This document shows positions 1-9,237 of a DNA stretch of 49,422 nt, in pieces. The translations under genes and the position numbers were made by a program. Below the pieces are notes generated by a model. The model did no database searches. It saw only the letters and a list, made by a program, of their open reading frames with translations, and had not been told where the DNA came from. Positions within the stretch are counted from its first letter, which is position 1. Each line of letters opens with the position of its first letter. Source of the DNA: Lama guanicoe (Eukaryota); contig MU053156.1 in the NCBI GenBank assembly GCA_013239625.1, positions 498,467-547,888 on the forward strand, written 5' to 3'.

Positions 1-11
1 TGCCCTCCAAG

Positions 12-66
12 ATACATAGAAAATGCCAGGAGACACCTGAGAGACGAAGGAAGTTATCTAGCCGAG
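12..66 (+). CDS. Possible upstream exon of the MIA3-like gene (…RRHLRDEGSYLAE)
   Basis: ccctccaag acceptor and gag|gtgcac donor; only weak resemblance to the TANGO1 exon ending ...SEFSE. Confidence 0.3.
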
Positions 67-319
67 GTGCACAGCCCTTAGCCCTGTTTATGTTAAAGAG
101 AGAATTTTCCGTGTGAATTTGGGAAAACTTTATATTCCACTAGGAACACTCATTTGTGAGCTCTTTGACATGAGCAGTTTCCCACCCTTGCTTTCCGCTT
201 GTCGTCCAGCCATGTCTTCCGTTGTCCAGTGAGGAGGAAATCTGGAGGCTAGGGAATATCTGTGCCTGAATGTCTTTGTTCTACATGTCTTCGTGGGCTT
301 GACATTTGTCCTGGGCCCA

Positions 320-819
320 GCCTGGATCAGCCGCCATCACAGGAAACTTAGGGGTGGCTGTGGGTCCTGGCTGAGAAGGGGCAGGATTCCACATGGGTTG
401 AAGAGAAGCAACTGCCCATCAGAACAAACCAAGACTTGCTGGAAGAGATTGACAGGCTGGCAGTGGAAGAGGACCAGCTGAAGAAGGAAATGCAAAGCAC
501 GAAGGGTCAGAACGAGCTGCTGGGACTCCAGTGCTAGAACTTGAAGAGACCCTGTCTGCTGTGAACTCTCAAATGGAGCAGACACTGTCTTTGACCCCAC
601 ACTGAGATTCATGCGAAGTCCCAGATGCTTTGAAGCATGTGTAACGGGACGTATGACACTTGCTTTCTGTTCTTTTTAAAATGTGTGTGTTCAGAATCAT
701 TTCACTGCCTTCTAGAGAGACTGCTCACCAAAGTCTTGGGACGTGTACCAGAGCTAATATATTTATTTTCTATGGTTTGTTTTGCACTTAACACAATAAT
801 TTGTTTTTGAAAAAAAAAA
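320..819 (+). pseudogene. JAKMIP1: Processed pseudogene fragment of JAKMIP1 (short C-terminal isoform), with 3' UTR and A-tail
   Basis: 367-613 reads [52 protein letters not shown], then after frameshifts VLELE and DPVCCELSNGADTVFDPTLRFM. This matches the recalled JAKMIP1 end ([75 protein letters not shown]). No introns; A10 at 810-819. Confidence 0.8.
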
Positions 820-1110
820 GTTACACCTTTAAGCAGATCACCCTGAGTTTTCATTGAAATCTAAGTTCATGCTTTCTTTGTGTCCTGTGTGAAGATACTG
901 GAAAAAGGAACGTCTCCAGAGACCTTGAAAGACGCTATTTCAATAAACACTTCAGGAATTTCAGAGGGAAATGCCTCCAGTTGCAGCAGGATTTCCACTG
1001 TACACATGAGCTTTCACAAGGAACAACAATCTCATGTCTTAGAAGATTAAATGTTGATGTCTATTCAAGTTACTTTTCTTGGGATTTAGTCATCAATGGG
1101 AATGTTCTCT

Positions 1111-1209
1111 TTTGAAATTGCTCTTAATAAAGCTTGTGTCCACAAAGCCACAGTGATACCTGAAGAAGTGTGTGTGCAGGAGAATGTCCAGCTCAGCAGC
1201 AAGAAGAGG
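1111..1209 (+). CDS. Degenerate MIA3-like exon (FEIALNKA…QENVQLSSKKR), ancestral acceptor missing
   Basis: Resembles the TANGO1 exon VQIALNEAK...VQEENARLKKKKEQ. Donor agg|gtaaga at 1210; no AG before 1111; an in-frame alternative AG at 1178-1179. Confidence 0.5.
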
Positions 1210-1406
1210 GTAAGAAACATTCCTCACCCCAGAGATGCTTACATCAGAGAGTTGAGCGTCACTGTGTTTGTGTCTGTGCTGTAACACATATAAAGCAGAT
1301 GACCCGTCTTAGCCGTTTCCAAGTGTACGATCCTCTCGTGTTACGTACATTCACGTTGCTGGGCATCAGTGCTTCCTGAACGTCTTTTCTCACATCTGTC
1401 TTGCAG

Positions 1407-1479
1407 GCAGGCACTTTGAAGACCAGATCTGAGGGTTCTATGCAGAGAGCCATGATGACTGAAGAATGCAACCTGGAAG
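1407..1479 (+). CDS. MIA3-like exon AGTLKTRSEGSMQRAMMTEECNLE
   Basis: ttgcag acceptor, gaag|gtatg donor; ends in CNLE as the TANGO1 exon does; in-frame ATG at 1440. Confidence 0.7.
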
Positions 1480-1512
1480 GTATGTTGCTTGTTGGGAAGA
1501 AAACCTCATATG

Positions 1513-3356
1513 CAGGCTTCCTGGGAGATGTTGTGGCTTCAGTCCTAGACCCCTAGAATAAAATAAATATCATAGTAAAGAGAGTGAAATGATTTTTAAT
1601 TTGGCTTTCCAGTGCATGTAACAGTTATGTTTACGCTACATTGCAGTCTATTAAGTGAGCAATAACCACTGTGTCTACAAACCCCAATGGTCATAATTTA
1701 ATGAAAATATACTTTCTTACTAAAAACTACTATCCACCACCGGAGCCTTCAGTGAGGTGTTGTCTTTTCATTGGTGGATGGTCTGGAATTGATGTTGGTG
1801 GCTGCTGACCCATCATTGTGGCAGTTGCTGAAGATTGATGTGGCTTTTGCAACTTAACGTAAGACCACAGTGAAGTTTGTCACAGGGCAACTCTCCCTTT
1901 CAGGAAGAAGTCCTCTGTAGTAGGCAATGCTGTTTGATAGATTTTACACACAGGAGAACATCTTTCCAAATTGGAGTCAGTCCTCTCAAACCCTGCGGTG
2001 GTTTATCAGCTAAGTTCACGCACTCTTCTAAGTCCTTTGTTATTTCAACCTTATTCACAGCACCTTCACCAATAGATTCCATCTCAAGAAACCAGTTTCT
2101 TTGCTCGTCCATAAGAAGCAGCTCCTCATTCATGCACATTTTTGTCATGAGGTTGCAGCCAGTCAGTCATGTCTTCAGGCTCCACTTCTAGCTCTAGTTC
2201 TCTTGCTGTTTTCAGCACGTCTGCAGTTCCTTCCAGCACTGAGGTCTTGAGCCCCTCAAAGTCATGCATCAGGATTGGAATCAGTTCCTTCCAAAGCCTG
2301 GTTCATGTTGATATTTTCACTTTCCACGAATCATGAATGTTCTTACTGGCATCTAAAATGGTGAATGCTTTTCAGGAAGTTTTCCATTTATTTGCCCAGA
2401 CCCATTGGTGGTATCACTATCTGTGGCAGCTAAAGTCTTCCAAAATGTATTTCTTAAATAATGAGACTTAAAAGTCATAATTACTCCTGATCCGCGGGCT
2501 GCAGAATGGATGTTGTGTTAAGCATGGAAACAGCATTCATCTCATGCATCTCCATCAGAGCTCCTGGGTGACCGGTGCATTGTCCATGAGCAGTAATATT
2601 TTGAAAGAAAGGTTTTTTTGGTTTATTTTGTTTTTTCCGCTGAGCAGTAGGTCTCAACGGTGGACTAAAATACTCATGTAAATATATGTTCTGTGATCCA
2701 GGCTTTGTTCCATTTATAGAGCACAGAGTAGATTTCCCACGATTCTCACAGGACAGAGGATTTTCAGAACGTTAAATGAGCATTGGCTGTGTTAGCCCCT
2801 CACGGGAAAGTGAGCCTATCCATTGAAGCCTTGATGCCAGGTGCTGACTCCTCCTCTCCAGCTGCGACGGCACTGGGTGGCCTCCCCTTGCAGGTCTCTG
2901 CACTGAAACCCTGTTGTTCAGTGCAGCCGCCTTCATGAGCTGTCTCAGCTTCACCTCCTGGAGCACTTGCAGCAGCCTCTGGGTCAGCTCTTCCTGCCTT
3001 ACCTTGCACAGGTATGCAGTGGAGATGGAATCTTGCCTTAAACTTCATGGGCCAGCCCCTGCTGTCTTCACACTTTTCTTTTGTAGTCTCTTTCTCTCAG
3101 GGTTCATAGAATTGCTGAGAATTAGGGACTTCCGCTGGATTAGGTGCCTTAAAGTAATGTCATGCCTGTTTTATTAAAGTGATAAGGAACGAACTATTTC
3201 AGGAACTACCAAAATGTGACACAGAGATAAGAAATGAGCAAATGCTGTCAGGAAAAAATGTCACCAGTGGAATTGCTGGACTCAAGATTGTTACAAATCT
3301 TCAATATTTTTAAAAATGTGCATTACTGGGGAGGGCAATAAAATGAAACATGCCTG
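1513..3356 (-). mobile_element. Tigger1 (TcMar-Tigger) DNA transposon fossil, internally deleted
   Basis: Both ends resemble Tigger1 termini (CAGGC...; TA at 3357). Degenerate transposase peptides on - (MNEELLLMDEQRNWFLEMES...; IPVQGKAGRADPEAAAS). Confidence 0.9.
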
Positions 3357-3494
3357 TAATAGCAATGAGTTTGCACTGGGAAGGTAAAAAGTGGATTCCT
3401 GCCTTCAGGATTCTCTCCTTTCTCCACTCCCCAGCACAGCCAAGCTCTTGAGTGCACATGTGCACACACAAAGACAGTTGTTTTATGTTTATAG

Positions 3495-3630
3495 AGGGTA
3501 AGAAGAAAATGCAAGACCACCGTGCTGCATCAGGATCTCTGAAAGGAGAGGACTCCAATTTCCAAAGGAAGGTGAAGAAAGTACGCTTCCTTGATGAAAT
3601 CGGTGGACAGAGAACTATGGACACTGAAGA
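3495..3630 (+). CDS. MIA3-like exon EGKKKMQDH…GQRTMDTE
   Basis: tttatag acceptor, ga|gtaaga donor, phase 1 to 2, open frame. Confidence 0.75.
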
Positions 3631-4993
3631 GTAAGACGTTCCTGTGTTAATTGCGACAGTGTGTGAATGAGCGTGTGGAGTTACGTGGCTATTGTAACAT
3701 GTTTCAGAATGCTTACCACCATATTTCTTTACCATATTCGATCAGTACAGATTGGTGTTTGCTTTTCTGCCTTGATTTCTGTAATCTGCTGCTTCTGTTC
3801 ATTCTAACTGGTTACCAGAGTCTTGTTTGTATTTAGTTTGAGATCTTAGCAGGTTCTTGGACCAGATTTAGTCACTTCATTATCCGGATCCCCCTAGGTC
3901 CGTTTTTATCGTCCTTAGGTTTCAACCACATCAAAGTGTCATGACCTGCCATGTGTCTATCATTTTATTAAACTCTAGACATTGGGTCGAAAATAGAGAA
4001 AATTCAAGGCCTAGTGTGAGGTTAACTTGCTGCAGAGAAGGTGGGCGTTACGGCTGGCAGATGGTCAGGGCGCCAGCAGCACTGCATCCTGTTAACCCAG
4101 TTAGCAGCTGAGATCAGTCAGTGCAGCCAGCCCTCGTGAGGCCCGTGTGTCTCCTGTCCGCCGTTGTTCCTGGCACGTAGCTCTCGTGGATCCCAGCTAA
4201 GGCCTGTAGGTCTCTCTAGGGGTCGCCTTCACTGACGGGCCAGGAGCTCCAGCTGTCTGACTGCGGTGCCCGTGCGTAGGGGGCACCGGCTGCCGGGCTG
4301 CTTTGCATCTCAGTGGTTTCCTCTGCAGTTACCGGGTGACCCCCGGGGAAGGTGGACCCAGTCCTGGGCTTCCTTCTTCTCCATCTTGGCCTCATGTCCC
4401 TTCCTGGCTTGTTAGCAATTTGGTACATTCGATCATGGATTTCATAATTTGCCCAGAGTTTCCTGTCATTCTCAGGGGGAGGTCATGGACGTCACACCCA
4501 TTAACCTGCTTTCAAAAACAAACGTTTCCTTATATTTCCTAGAGATCAGGCTTTGCTCCAGGCTTTGACTGAAATCAGGGCTCTCTGTGGGAGAAATCAA
4601 ACAAGTCATGAACGCTTGCTTCACCCTAACGTATTTGGTTGTGATGACTTGGTCAGACCCTGATTCCCACGTTGAAACACAGTGAGCTCGCGCTGCCCCA
4701 GGCACAGGAGCCTGAGCGGCACAGAGCGCACCTCACGTGGGCTTTTCCTGTGCGTTTACTTTGTGCACAGATGAGTAGGGGTGGGGACGCTGAAGGGAAG
4801 CCCAGATACCAAACACTTGCCAGAGGCCCGAGTGTAATGTTTTCATATCTACTAGTGGGGGCCTTTAATTCTTTCCTCTGTATCTGCCAGTCTGAGCATT
4901 TATGGGGAAGGGCGAAAGGGGCATTGAATTCTTCCCTTCCAATTTCTGGGAGGGAAACTGGCAGAATTTCACAGAGTTTCTTTCCCCTCTCAG

Positions 4994-5092
4994 GAAGGTG
5001 GACGTGAACGGATGTGAGCTGGTGGGAAAGCAGCAGCTGTTGGCAGCAGAGGAGAAGGCAAAACTGGCTGAAGAGGAGATACGACAGTACAA
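4994..5092 (+). CDS. MIA3-like exon KVDVNG…AEEEIRQYK
   Basis: cccctctcag acceptor, aa|gtgagt donor; resembles TANGO1 ...LSAADEKAVSAAEEVKTYK. Confidence 0.85.
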
Positions 5093-5778
5093 GTGAGTTC
5101 AGCTCCTCCATACCCACGGCTCTGAAAACCCCTGTTGGATCTTTTGGAAACTTCTCTAAAATGTTTATAGACACAATATCATACACAGACCCAAACAAAA
5201 GACATTTGTATACATGCTTCACACAGAAGAAAAAGTGTTAAGTTTTACACATGTTAAGTTAAAGGTTTAACTTTAAAAAGTATTAAGTTACTAAGAATTT
5301 CCTGGTCCCCAGTGCTGGCCAGACTGAGTGGAAGGAAGGTTCACAGAGATGTTTCTGAAGGTGCTATAAACAGTTCTCACCCTGAGGACAGCAGTTTGGT
5401 GTAGCATCAGTTGCACCAATAAACATGCCCGTGCTGCTGGGGAGACCCACTTGTAAGAAGTAGGGTCAGGATGTAAGGAAAGGAGGAATCACGCTTTGTG
5501 AGAAAGATGCTCAGCACAGGACACGTGAGGGAAACGCTGAGAACAGGAGTGGGAATTGTGTCCGCGCAGGACCCGGCAGCCGTTCAGTAGCAGTGACGGG
5601 AGGAGTGGCTGCAGCGACAGCTTTGCACCCGCTGTGCTTCTGCAGCCGTGTGCAGTGTGTCTTGAGCGGTGAGATGATGAGTGTGAGTGTGCAGTGCAGA
5701 TAACGTGGACTGGGGCAGGTTACTTAACAGCATACCCAGAATTGTGTCTTCTCTGATGGAACAATTTGTAACTCATAG

Positions 5779-5839
5779 GATGAGACTTGAAGAATGTCAC
5801 GGGCAAATGCGGGAAGCAGAGATCACTTGGAGACACCAG
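5779..5839 (+). CDS. MIA3-like exon MRLEECHGQMREAEITWRHQ
   Basis: catag acceptor, cag|gtaaac donor; resembles [20 protein letters not shown]. Confidence 0.8.
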
Positions 5840-5951
5840 GTAAACTGCCTTCCTCCTGACACACCCAGTCCTTAGCACCTGATGCAGACGGTCACTGTGG
5901 CCCTGAGAACCCCTCGCCATGAGGTGTTTCTTGATGTGTTGACTTTTTCAG

Positions 5952-5987
5952 CTCGCTCTTGCTGAGAAGAAGGCCCAAGACAGCTCG
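5952..5987 (+). CDS. MIA3-like 36-nt exon LALAEKKAQDSS
   Basis: tttttcag acceptor, |gtaaga donor; resembles IATHEKKAHENW. Confidence 0.85.
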
Positions 5988-6062
5988 GTAAGAATTTGTT
6001 TCCTTCCTTCCCTTTGTGCACAGTCGGCCACAACTGAACATGGATGTGTTTTTCTCCCACAG

Positions 6063-6151
6063 CTCAGGGCTCAGGAGCTGGAGAGGGAAAACTCTGAGAT
6101 GAGAAGGGAAAGCTCTGAGCTGAAAAGGGAAGTCGCCCACCTGAAACAGAG
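6063..6151 (+). CDS. MIA3-like exon LRAQELERENSEMRRESSELKREVAHLKQR
   Basis: ctcccacag acceptor, ag|gtacag donor; resembles [23 protein letters not shown] with 7 extra residues. Confidence 0.8.
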
Positions 6152-6267
6152 GTACAGAACTTTGACACATTTTTAGGGTGTTTTGAGATTTTTAAGGACT
6201 GGTGGTTTTGTGCCTAGTAGAGGAATTGGTGGTGTAATTCGTATTGAAGCCATTCTTTATCTTTAAG

Positions 6268-6362
6268 ATTGGATGCAGTCTGCAGATGGAGGCAGGCAGA
6301 GAAATACATGAGGCAGGAGCCCACCCCAGGAGGACCACACAGGCTGTATCCTCCCCTGAGAG
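6268..6362 (+). CDS. MIA3-like exon LDAVCRW…EPTPGGPHRLYPPLR
   Basis: tctttaag acceptor, ag|gtaagg donor; resembles KPMPGKPNTQNPPRR. Confidence 0.8.
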
Positions 6363-6528
6363 GTAAGGAGCGCACGGTGAAGTGCAGCAGCTCCGTTTCT
6401 GCAGCAGGAGCCGCCCAGTGGGCTGCTTGTCCCTGTGGGTAGTTGTCGGGGTTCTTGGACACCACACCACACACTCTCACTGCAGGGAACAGGTTCACAG
6501 CTGGGTGACAAGATGCTGTTTTCTTCAC

Positions 6529-6651
6529 GTGCCACCAGCCAGCAGGGCTCTGTCCCCTGTGAGCGGTGGAGCTCACGCCCCTCCAGGGACTGCGGGCTGC
6601 CCCCCAGGCTCTTGGTTGGCTGGCATGGCTGGTTTCTGTGCGCTAGAAGAT
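6529..6651 (+). pseudogene. Decayed MIA3-like exon (ATSQQGS / SPVSGG), acceptor CAG>CAC, internal frameshift
   Basis: Resembles [22 protein letters not shown] but split across two frames; ttttcttcac where an acceptor is expected; donor-like gtgagc at 6652. Confidence 0.65.
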
Positions 6652-7352
6652 GTGAGCGTCAGCCCCCTCTTTCCCGCCTGGACACAGTGTTGAAGGCTGA
6701 ATTCTCTTCTCATTTCAGGAAAATAACATGGAAGACGTTTTAGAATGAAGGCAGTATGTCATAACGAGAAAAACATTTTTCTTTATTTGCCTTGGTGGAT
6801 AAATATTCTATTCAAGATCTGCTTTAAGGCAGCAGGCATTTCTTCACTAATTTTGCAGGTCCCTTCGTTCTTATAAAAAAGCTTGCACAGTGACCTAGAG
6901 TAGCCAGCTAGTGAGTGACATGACTGCGCAGCCTCCCTCTCCCAGAGTTAACGCGTGACTCTGAAGTGTCCCACCAGCTTCTCCGTGTAACTCACTGTTC
7001 CTTTGCTGATGATTACAACATGAGTCATTCTAAGGCCACTTCTTTCACAAATACTTACATGACATGTGGTCACTTGTACAAGACATGTCCTGTCAGACAG
7101 AAGGCTTTTAACAGTTTACCAACAGGCTGAGGAGGAAGAGGTGGAGCTCACGGCCGGGGGTTGTTGATCCTCCTCCTATGAAAGACTCTTTTTACTTTAA
7201 CGTGTAACCTGTGTACAGACTGGTTTGCCCTGAAGTGCGCTGTGAGTCCCCTGTGTCAGTGCCGGTTGCCAGGGATCTGAGCCCTGAGCCCCCATCCACG
7301 GTGATTAGCTGTGAAAACACCTGAATCAGGGCTCTGTGATGTCCTCGTCACT

Positions 7353-7396
7353 GGTCAGGGGTCCAGCCTCCCCTTGTCCTCGGGGTCACCTGAGGC
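7353..7396 (+). pseudogene. Decayed MIA3-like exon remnant (counterpart of GSVDGPLPHPRWSAEA)
   Basis: ggtcaggggtccagcctccccttgtcctcggggtcacctgaggc resembles the recalled MIA3 exon at nucleotide level; no AG at the expected position. Confidence 0.4.
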
Positions 7397-7538
7397 GTGA
7401 GGAGGCCCGCGGCCTCTGGGAAGAGCCTGGGGCGCGGGCGGGAGTGAGAGCTCTTGGGGGAGGGCACGGACGGCTCGTGCTTCCCTGCACGGCCTCTGTC
7501 AGAGAGAATCAGCCTTCAGCACTGCTCTCCCTTCACAG

Positions 7539-7609
7539 CTTCAGGGCTGGGTGGCGCCCCCATGAGGAATGGCACCTCCTTCCCGGCTCAGGAGGCAGAG
7601 GAAACCCAG
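7539..7609 (+). CDS. MIA3-like exon ASGLGGAPMRNGTSFPAQEAEETQ
   Basis: cttcacag acceptor, cag|gtaaat donor, phase 1 to 0. Confidence 0.7.
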
Positions 7610-7965
7610 GTAAATGCTTTTTTCCAGTTCTGTTCCAGTGGTCGTTTTGTGTTGAAATTATCTCTGAAACTACCATTTTCCTATCGAACAATCCTTTCCT
7701 GGCCTTGCCGACTGTTTGCATGTTGCGGGACACGTATGCCCTGTGATCACAGTGACGTGTGGCGACAGAGTCTTGTCCCCAAGGCCTCCTGCGCAGCCCG
7801 GGCCGCAGGCAGGCCCCGGGGCGGGTGGAGTGCGTGGCGCCGTGCTGCCGCCTGGGCATCCGGTGCAGGGGAGGGTGCCTGGGGCTGACCGCGGCTGCGT
7901 TGGTGTTTTGTCGGTGTTGGTCCTTTGGTCTGTCATCCAACACGCCTCTCCCTTCTGCTGCACAG

Positions 7966-8128
7966 GTCACTGTGGATGTCGGAGGGCCCTGTCCTTTTGC
8001 AGGACCAGCTCGCGTGGCTAGCCCCATGAGCCGCCCAGTGCCACCCTTCCGGGGCTGTTGGCCACCTCCACCCGGACCAGCCCCGTGGCCTGTGGGGCCT
8101 TGGCCACAGCCACCAATGTCTCCACTTG
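7966..8128 (+). CDS. MIA3-like proline-rich-domain exon VTVDVGGPCPFAGP…WPPPPGP…PPMSPL
   Basis: ctgcacag acceptor, g|gtaaga donor; resembles [35 protein letters not shown]. Confidence 0.85.
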
Positions 8129-9166
8129 GTAAGATGAGAGCATGTGCTTCTGTTCCCTTGTTGAGTCCCTGCAGAAGAAGGGGAGGTGTCACTCCGGGGC
8201 TTTGCAGTGCCCGGGGAAGCCTGGGTGGGGACATGGAGACGTTCGTCTGCTTTCTTAGCACGCACGTTTGATGGACCGTGTCGCTTCCCCACCCTGACCT
8301 GGGAAGCAGGTATCTCCTGTATAGAACGAAGGAGACGTCTAACTTTTAGTCACACCAGTTTGACAGGTGTGCCTCATGCATGGACCATGTGTCGTGTTCC
8401 GTGGGGGGTGACGCACTCCCCTCACCTCAGGGCTTTACCGTGTTCCCTCAGGGTGGGGGAGAGAGGGAGGGGGAGAGACATTCACAGCAGCCAGCTTGCC
8501 ATCAGCACACAGACGTGCCAGTGCAGGGCCCCAGGGTGCAAGAGGGTCACGTGAGCCGCAAAGGCGTGAACAGGGGAGTGTGGAGGGGAAGGAAGATACT
8601 GAGGCGTGCCCAGTGAGGATTTGTTGGGTTCACTCAGGTCGAGCTGGAAGGTCACTCCCGGCAGGGCGGGCAGTGCAGGCGGGCCATGTGAATGCAGCGT
8701 GAGGTCCGCTCAGAGCCACGTGTGTGTGCAGGGGACTCAGTGCGGCCGTGCACGTATCCCCCTCAGAACCCACTGCCTCCAGAAAACACTCAGTTCACAA
8801 CCTCATATGAAGTTCATTGTTCTCTTGGGTTTCTGAAAGCTCTGGATGTGTGTGAAAGAAAGCTCTGGATATCAGAGAAACTGAAATGTAGCTTGGCTTG
8901 TTGCAGATATTTTGTGTGGCTTTAATTTTCTTTTGCCCCAGTGATTTGAAAAGTGCAGGCAGGATTTAGATCAGCTGAGCAAGGGGCCTTACCCTTCAGC
9001 ATGAGGCAGGTCCTTTTGGGGAAGTCAGGGGTAATCAAGGGACCCCCTGCAGGACTCCTGTCCCCTTACTCCTGCTCCCTCTAGTCACCATGCCCACTGT
9101 CAGCTTGGTATCTCCTCATTTATGTCACAAGATCCAATTTCTGATTCTTTGCTTGAATTCCTGCAG

Positions 9167-9237
9167 TCCAGCCCCCAACACCAAGACTCAGCGGGGCCCC
9201 CACAGGGTCTCAGCTGTGTGTCTGTGAGCCGGGGTGA
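9167..9237 (+). CDS. Candidate terminal coding exon (VQPPTPRLSGAPTGSQLCVCEPG*)
   Basis: ttcctgcag acceptor, phase-1 compatible, TGA at 9235-9237, AATAAA downstream. Other acceptors (exon starts near 8841 and 8942) are equally possible. Confidence 0.3.
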
